A stretch of 19,981 nt of DNA from Candidatus Iainarchaeum sp. Its GTDB lineage: Archaea; Iainarchaeota; Iainarchaeia; Iainarchaeales; JAFCCJ01. Shown in pieces: positions 14,896 through 19,981 of the stretch (within the stretch, counting starts at the first letter, position 1; each line of letters opens with the position of its first letter). The position numbers were made by a program, and so were the translations under genes. The notes below the pieces were generated by a model, which saw only the letters and a list, made by a program, of their open reading frames with translations, was not told the origin of the DNA and ran no database searches. The DNA lies in NCBI GenBank assembly GCA_043816965.1, contig JBDRHK010000052.1, positions 1-19,981 on the forward strand, given 5' to 3'.

Positions 14896-15282
14896 ATGAA
14901 ATACATCTATTCTGAAAAATGGACCCAGAAAACAAGGGAATTGGCTGAGGAATTGGGCTTTAGCCATATAAATCCTGACAGGGTTTGCTGCATTGAAAGC
15001 TCAGGAAGCAAAACAAGAAGAATTATTGCAAGGATTCATTCATTGGGAAAGGCAATGCAGCTTGGGATGAATTGTGATGCTTTTTACGTAATTGAACTGC
15101 TTTCTAAGAATTTCGATAAGGAAAGTGACGAGGATAAGGTAAAAACCCTGATTCATGAATTGCTGCATATTCCGCAGAGTTTTGGCGGCGGCTTCAGGCA
15201 CCATAGGCCTTATGTGAACAGGGGAATTGTTGAGGGGCACTATAAAAGGCTTATGGAAAGCCCTTCCCCCACTTATTTATAG
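14896..15282 (+). CDS. Putative zinc metallopeptidase (small archaeal HExxH family)
   Basis: KTLIHELLHIP..FGGGFRHH and S.GSKTR.IARIH motifs, as in short archaeal predicted metallopeptidases. Confidence 0.82.
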   Translation: MKYIYSEKWTQKTRELAEELGFSHINPDRVCCIESSGSKTRRIIARIHSLGKAMQLGMNCDAFYVIELLSKNFDKESDEDKVKTLIHELLHIPQSFGGGFRHHRPYVNRGIVEGHYKRLMESPSPTYL

Positions 15283-15553
15283 CAGCAATCACATCTTTCA
15301 GTGCCCTTCCCCTTGCGGTTAGGCGATATTCTATCTTCATAGGCGGGGCCATGGTAATTGATTTGGTAATTATTCTGTCTTTTTCCATTTCCTTAAGCCT
15401 TGTTGAGAGAATTCTGGGGGTGATTTGGGGATTGCCCTTCAGGAATGCGTTAAAACCTAGGGGATCGGGGGACTTAAGCAGCTCCCTGGAAATGCTCAAA
15501 AAATGCTTTCTTTCAAGGGTTTCAGCAGCATTGGGAAAGGGATCTTCAGCCAT
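15251..15553 (-). CDS. HxlR-family winged-helix transcriptional regulator
   Basis: GFN...ITPRILSTRLKEME..IITK...PPMKIEYRLTARGRAL..I..WG. The true start is most likely ATG15553 (MAEDPF), because the longer track extension runs through the promoter repeats. Overlaps the convergent peptidase gene by 32 bp. Confidence 0.9.
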   Translation of the reverse strand: MAEDPFPNAAETLERKHFLSISRELLKSPDPLGFNAFLKGNPQITPRILSTRLKEMEKDRIITKSITMAPPMKIEYRLTARGRALKDVIAAINKWGKGFP

Positions 15554-15560
15554 TGTATCA

Positions 15561-15610
15561 ACTATATAAAATATATCTACTATATAAAATATACCTACAT
15601 ATTTAAATAG
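15561..15610. repeat. 18-bp tandem repeat in the divergent promoter region upstream of the HxlR gene
   Basis: ACTATATAAAATATATCT (15561-15578), ACTATATAAAATATACCT (15579-15596), then a degenerate third copy ACATATTTAAATAG. Confidence 0.75.
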
Positions 15611-15656
15611 AATAACGTTGCAATAGTAGTAGCCTCGCAAAGGAGGTGGGGATTTT

Positions 15657-15794
15657 ATGGATTGGTTGAATTTCGCAAAAGAAAATGATTCCTATATTTG
15701 GGTTCCTAAAATGAAGTCTGGTTCTGGCAGCCGTTTTGCTGCACGAAAGATCAATCTCACAAATTCAAGCACTCTGGCAGCAATTATTAGATAG
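15657..15794 (+). CDS. Unannotated 45-aa small protein divergent from HxlR
   Basis: Near-perfect SD AGGAGGTG at 15641-15648, 8 nt before the ATG. Translation MDWLNFAKENDSYIWVPKMKSGSGSRFAARKINLTNSSTLAAIIR. TTTAAATA upstream at 15602-15609; weak hairpin and T-run downstream. Confidence 0.65.
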   Translation: MDWLNFAKENDSYIWVPKMKSGSGSRFAARKINLTNSSTLAAIIR

Positions 15795-15883
15795 TATCAC
15801 CCTGAAAACTAGCTGCCAGGTGCCTTATTTTTTACAATTCAAGGAATAGGATTAAAATTTAATCTAGTGATGTACGGCAGAAT

Positions 15884-16165
15884 TTACTTTTTCCTTTTTT
15901 TGATTACTGAACCACTTCTTCTTGCGTCTCTTCCTAAATTTTTCCCTCGCCTATCTTTGTAGGCAACCACTTTGATGCGTTTATCTGTTGGGTGGGGGGC
16001 GGTTCCTAACGAATGGGGGGTGATTGCATTAAATTTGGGCATTGTGGTCTTTTTTCCACCAAAAACAGGAATCAATCTATTGGTTTTATGCCTGCTAAAG
16101 ATTCCCAGCCCAAGTGTTCCTGTAACTCCAACTCGCCTCTTTCTTTCATCCGGCTTCTTTTTCAT
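15884..16165 (-). CDS. Highly basic hypothetical protein (93 aa)
   Basis: Lys/Arg-rich ORF. ATG16165 lies about 28 nt downstream of a TTATATGA TATA-like box. Confidence 0.6.
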   Translation of the reverse strand: MKKKPDERKRRVGVTGTLGLGIFSRHKTNRLIPVFGGKKTTMPKFNAITPHSLGTAPHPTDKRIKVVAYKDRRGKNLGRDARRSGSVIKKRKK

Positions 16166-16307
16166 AAGTATCAAAAGAAATTAACACTTTACTCATATAA
16201 TAAAGTGCCTTCCCCCCAATTACAGAAAATTGCTTTAATTATTGCAGGTTAGTTTTAAATAACGTTAAATATTAAATGTTAACATAATCATAGACTATAG
16301 GGGAGGT

Positions 16308-16898
16308 GTGAATTTGATATTGGAACTTGGAATTATAGTTTTAGTGGTTTTAGCAGTAATTGGCGCCATTATTCTGGTTGCATTTCTTGTTTTGTACAAC
16401 AAATTGATAGCGCTACAGAAAAGGGTCAATAATGCATGGGCACAGATTGATGTCCAGCTGAAGAGGAGAGCTGATTTGATTCCCAACCTCATTGAGACTG
16501 TAAAGGGATATGCGAGGTTTGAGAAGAAGGTTCTCACCGAGGTTACCAATGCAAGGGCTGCTTTGATGTCTGCGAAAACCCCGGTTGAGGGGGCCAAGGC
16601 AGAGAACATGCTGGCAGGTGCCCTAAAAACAATTTTTGCTGTTGCTGAAAATTACCCTCAGCTCAAGGCAAGCGAAAATTTCGGGAAGCTACAGGAGGAA
16701 TTTGCAACAACTGAGAATAAGATTTCATATGCAAGGCAGTTCTACAATGACAGCGTCATGATTTTCAATACTGCAATTGCGCAGATTCCTGGAAATATTG
16801 TTGCAGCGATTTTTGGATTCAAAGAAAGGGAATATTTCGAACTGGCTAGCGAAGATGACAGGAAACCCGTGAAGGCAGATTTTGGCGAATTCAAATAG
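16308..16898 (+). CDS. lemA: LemA family protein
   Basis: N-terminal TM, YNKL...[30 protein letters not shown] and [12 protein letters not shown]. The SD GGAGGT at 16302-16307 suggests the true start may be TTG16314. Confidence 0.96.
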   Translation: MNLILELGIIVLVVLAVIGAIILVAFLVLYNKLIALQKRVNNAWAQIDVQLKRRADLIPNLIETVKGYARFEKKVLTEVTNARAALMSAKTPVEGAKAENMLAGALKTIFAVAENYPQLKASENFGKLQEEFATTENKISYARQFYNDSVMIFNTAIAQIPGNIVAAIFGFKEREYFELASEDDRKPVKADFGEFK

Positions 16899-16910
16899 CT
16901 GTGATATTGA

Positions 16911-17810
16911 ATGAGCTTCTATGAGGAAATTGAGGCAAACAAGAGAATGACCTATCTCTTGTTTATTGTTTTCTTTTTTTTCATACTTTTCCTCGGCATC
17001 ATCACCGATTTCATTTTTTCGGGCGGCTTTTTCTTTGTCCCAATTTTTGGGATAATTGCAATAATCTATATTCTGATTTCCTACTACTTCAGCGATAAAA
17101 TCATCACCGCAATTTCCGGGGCAAAGCCGGCGGATCCGAAAAAGCACGCAATTCTGATTAATGTGGTGGAGGAAATGAGCATTGCGGCAGGAATTCCGAT
17201 GCCTAAGGCTTATGTGATTGAGGACACTGCAATAAATGCATTTGCCACCGGAAGGGATCCTGAGCACAGCGCCATATGCACAACCACTGGCTGCTTAACA
17301 AGGCTCACAAGGGATGAACTAACCGGGGTTGTTGCCCATGAGATGTCACACATTAAAAATCAGGATATTAAGGTTATGACAATGGCTGCAATCATGGTTG
17401 GGATGGCTGTACTTATGAGTGATTTTCTCCTAAGGATGTTCTTCTGGGGGGGATTGAGGGGGGGCGGAAACCGGAAAGGCGGGGGGCCTGTTATGATTGC
17501 CGCAATTGCTGTAGGTATCCTGCTTGCGCTTCTTACCCCTGTTATTGCGCAAATTATTAAACTTGCGATATCGAGGAAGCGAGAATACCTTGCCGATGCG
17601 AGTGGCGTGCAGCTGACCCGCTATCCACAGGGGCTGGCATCTGCGCTGAGTAAGATAAGAGATGACAATGAGCCACTGGAGGCCGCGAACAAGGCAACTG
17701 CCCACATGTACATCGCAAACCCGCTAAAGGGCCAGAAAATATGGATGAAGAGCCTTTTTGCGACACATCCACCGATAGATGACAGAATAAATAGGCTAAC
17801 TCATATGTAA
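16911..17810 (+). CDS. htpX: HtpX-like M48 family membrane zinc metalloprotease
   Basis: NAFATGR, HEMSH, SRKREYLADA and LFATHPP..RI motifs, with 4 TM helices. Standard lemA-htpX operon arrangement. Confidence 0.95.
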   Translation: MSFYEEIEANKRMTYLLFIVFFFFILFLGIITDFIFSGGFFFVPIFGIIAIIYILISYYFSDKIITAISGAKPADPKKHAILINVVEEMSIAAGIPMPKAYVIEDTAINAFATGRDPEHSAICTTTGCLTRLTRDELTGVVAHEMSHIKNQDIKVMTMAAIMVGMAVLMSDFLLRMFFWGGLRGGGNRKGGGPVMIAAIAVGILLALLTPVIAQIIKLAISRKREYLADASGVQLTRYPQGLASALSKIRDDNEPLEAANKATAHMYIANPLKGQKIWMKSLFATHPPIDDRINRLTHM

Positions 17811-18155
17811 TCAGAAGCTTATTTTCTTCCTTTTTATCATCTTTAGCTCGTCCTCAATCTTGAGGTTCATAACCTGGTTGTATATGGTGAAAATTGCTAT
17901 GAAAATAAACCAGGTGAGCATGAAAACCATTACCCCCAGGGCCAGGTCCATAAACCAGATTACATAGGATGTGAAAAGGGTTACGCAAATAAGGCTGTAT
18001 CCAAAGGCAACAAACAGGTACCACAGGGTTTTGAGTACTGAGGTTTCCTTTGCAAATGGCATTATTTTGAAAATGGATTTCACAGTTAACGCCAGAATCA
18101 CAATTAAGAGAAACCAGTCCAGGAGAAGCAATACAAAGTTTTCAAAGCTAGCCAT
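17811..18155 (-). CDS. Small 3-TM membrane protein, unknown function
   Basis: 114 aa with three hydrophobic helices and a basic C-tail. SD-like GAGTGGT upstream. Confidence 0.75.
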   Translation of the reverse strand: MASFENFVLLLLDWFLLIVILALTVKSIFKIMPFAKETSVLKTLWYLFVAFGYSLICVTLFTSYVIWFMDLALGVMVFMLTWFIFIAIFTIYNQVMNLKIEDELKMIKRKKISF

Positions 18156-18225
18156 TCAACCACTCAAAATAAATGTTTTAGGTTATTTATATTCTTTCTT
18201 AATGCTTAACTTCTACATAATTTAT

Positions 18226-19614
18226 TTATTTTCCGGTTTTCGCCTCTTTAGTGGGTTTTGATACCTCAGTATCGTTGCTTATCTTTACAGCAACCTCCTT
18301 TCCGCCAACTGTTTTAAGCTCCTCAATTGTGATGTCTTTTTTCCCACCAACCATTCCCAACATGAAAACTGCGAACGCAAAAGCCAGGTTAGTGAGGAGA
18401 ATGACAACCACAACTATGTTTGTGAATGAATTGCTAAGTGCAGTTAAGCCAATCATTATCGGGAGGGACGCCAATGCCGCTGTTGTAAGGCCGCGCGGCA
18501 TCATTACAAAAATTGTTAGCCATGAGGGCTGCAGGTTTTTATTGGTGTCAACAAGGACCTTTGTTGCGATATATCTGGCGAAGATTATTATGATGAAAAG
18601 AACAACGCCAACTAAAAGTGCCGGACCTGCAAGGCCGGATATTGTTATTATCAGGCCAAGGTATACGAAGAAGACAGTCCTTACGAAAAAGCTTACCTCT
18701 GTCTGGAAGGATATAAGGTTATAGTCCATCTTGAAATATTCCTCAAAGCCGAATGCCCGGGCAATAAATCCATAGTTCCCAAGGAAGAGGCCGAAAACCA
18801 GGATTGTCGTTATTCCGTCACCACCCAAAATCTGGGCAACCGCATAAAGGACAAAAACACAGGCCATTGTTAGGAGGTAGGCAAAGGGCTTTCCTGAGAG
18901 GCGCTTCAGTACCTGGACCCAGATAAAGGCAACTATTGCACCGACAACAATTGCGACCGCAAATGCGGCAGTAATGTCCCCCATAAAGCCTAGGAGGTCA
19001 AAGCTCTCGAGCCCAAGGCCCTCTATCTGGGCAATTTGCATGAATTTTAGTATTGCAATTGCGGCAACAATTGTAAGTGCCGAATTCAGCGCCGGCTCGA
19101 GGTTGAGGAGGGTTTTTGCTGCGGGTTCGACTTTCATTTTGGAAAGCACTGGCACAATAATCTCATAGCTTGAGCCTGCAACTATTACTCCTAATAAGAG
19201 GGCAGCTATCAGTGAAATTCCAAGGTCAGGGATTACTATTCCAAGGATAAAAATCGCAATTACTGTAAAGAAAACAGTTAGTAGGGTGACAGCTATTGTG
19301 AAGGCAGAGGACTCACCTATCTCCTTCAGCACGTTCAGGAAGTTGAGCTTTGCCCCTCCCTCAAACACAATTACAATCAGGGCAAAGGTGCCAATTATCG
19401 GGGTCATTGGGGAAAGGTCAATTCCTGTGAAGACCCCCAAAACCGGGCCCACAAGAACCCCAAAAAGTATAAGCAGGATAACGTCAGGAATTTTGGTTTT
19501 TTGGTAGAACCAGGCGCCCAGGAATCCAAGGAAAATTGTGGCACCTAGGAATCCCACCAATAGGTTTACAAAATCAAACGCCCCTAATTCAAGTGCCATA
19601 TAAACCACATTCAT
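18226..19614 (-). CDS. Cation:proton antiporter, CPA1/NhaP-like
   Basis: About 13 TM helices. KIPDVILLILFGVLVGP, ALIVIVFEGG, EVSFFVRTVFFVYLG, ARY and MPRGL motifs. The start may be ATG19599. Confidence 0.9.
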   Translation of the reverse strand: MNVVYMALELGAFDFVNLLVGFLGATIFLGFLGAWFYQKTKIPDVILLILFGVLVGPVLGVFTGIDLSPMTPIIGTFALIVIVFEGGAKLNFLNVLKEIGESSAFTIAVTLLTVFFTVIAIFILGIVIPDLGISLIAALLLGVIVAGSSYEIIVPVLSKMKVEPAAKTLLNLEPALNSALTIVAAIAILKFMQIAQIEGLGLESFDLLGFMGDITAAFAVAIVVGAIVAFIWVQVLKRLSGKPFAYLLTMACVFVLYAVAQILGGDGITTILVFGLFLGNYGFIARAFGFEEYFKMDYNLISFQTEVSFFVRTVFFVYLGLIITISGLAGPALLVGVVLFIIIIFARYIATKVLVDTNKNLQPSWLTIFVMMPRGLTTAALASLPIMIGLTALSNSFTNIVVVVILLTNLAFAFAVFMLGMVGGKKDITIEELKTVGGKEVAVKISNDTEVSKPTKEAKTGK

Positions 19615-19694
19615 TAAGTTGGAAGTGGTTAATAAATTTTCTCTATTTGTGGTTTAGAATGCCGGTAAAATGGGCTGAGTTGCCCCTAGCTTGC

Positions 19695-19747
19695 TTTATA
19701 AATATGCCCTAATAGAAGATATCTACCAATTTCCTGTGGAAATGGGT
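19695..19747 (+). promoter_or_regulatory. TATA box and 5'-UTR hairpin of the zinc-ribbon gene
   Basis: TTTATAAA at 19695-19702, then ACC-A-ATTTCC-tgt-GGAAAT-G-GGT stem-loop at 19725-19747, beginning about where transcription would start. Confidence 0.5.
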
Positions 19748-19781
19748 TAAAAAAATAATCAAAAAAAAGGTGAAAAACTAT

Positions 19782-19964
19782 ATGAGTGAAGACAAATTTG
19801 GCAGAGAAATGAATAAGGTTACTTGTTCAGATTGCGGACAGGAGACAGAGGTCCCCTTTAAGCCTGACGGATCAAGGCCAGTTTACTGCCGAGAATGCTA
19901 TCAAAAGCACAAAAAGCCATCCAATTTCAATAGGGGCGGCGGCGGAAGAGACAGCAACTACTAG
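19782..19964 (+). CDS. CxxC-x17-CxxC zinc-ribbon domain protein
   Basis: REMNKVTCSDCGQETEVPFKPDGSRPVYCRECY followed by an RGGGGR tail. The SD AGGTGA at 19768-19773 favours ATG19782. Confidence 0.93.
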   Translation: MSEDKFGREMNKVTCSDCGQETEVPFKPDGSRPVYCRECYQKHKKPSNFNRGGGGRDSNY

Positions 19965-19981
19965 TTCTAGCAATTAGTTTT

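Noticed and set aside
15554..15640. 29-aa N-terminal extension of HxlR (IFYIVDIFYIVD)
   Set aside because: Translation of the 18-bp promoter repeat. The domain begins at ATG15553.
16261..16285. Imperfect palindrome upstream of lemA as a heat-shock operator
   Set aside because: AT-only context, two mismatches in 8-bp arms, and no clear match to a known operator. Indistinguishable from promoter background.
16725..17267. 180-aa antisense ORF over lemA-htpX
   Set aside because: Overlaps two strongly conserved genes on the opposite strand.

Overview
Archaeal chromosomal window, most likely a DPANN archaeon such as Iainarchaeota/Diapherotrites or a Micrarchaeota relative. This is inferred from the class III pilin style, TATA-box promoters about 25 nt before many start codons, GGAGGT/GGTGA Shine-Dalgarno sites and gene content. 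At the left edge, the end of a probable IS66-type element (1-141) appears to cut a gene whose 3' remnant follows. The main locus (580-12010) has three paralogous single-pass surface proteins built on a shared Ig-like/TM/cytoplasmic-tail core. Two of them add an N-terminal beta domain and Cys-rich tandem repeats. They are followed by a KaiC/RAD55-family ATPase with a long disordered N-terminus and an unannotated 51-aa peptide. Converging on these are a small coiled-coil protein, a Walker-A-less KaiC-like/segmented coiled-coil protein and a type IV pilin. The three surface proteins and the inactive KaiC-like protein all end in a related SHOCT-like helical hairpin, which suggests an undescribed surface-sensing/attachment system wired to KaiC-type signalling. 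The rest of the window holds nadE, a 606-bp repeat-rich non-coding region, membrane proteins, an HExxH metallopeptidase, an HxlR regulator with a divergent unannotated 45-aa ORF, lemA-htpX, a CPA1 antiporter lacking the canonical ion-binding Asp, and a CxxC-x17-CxxC zinc-ribbon protein. No tRNA, rRNA or CRISPR array was seen. All family assignments come from motif recognition by eye, not database searches.
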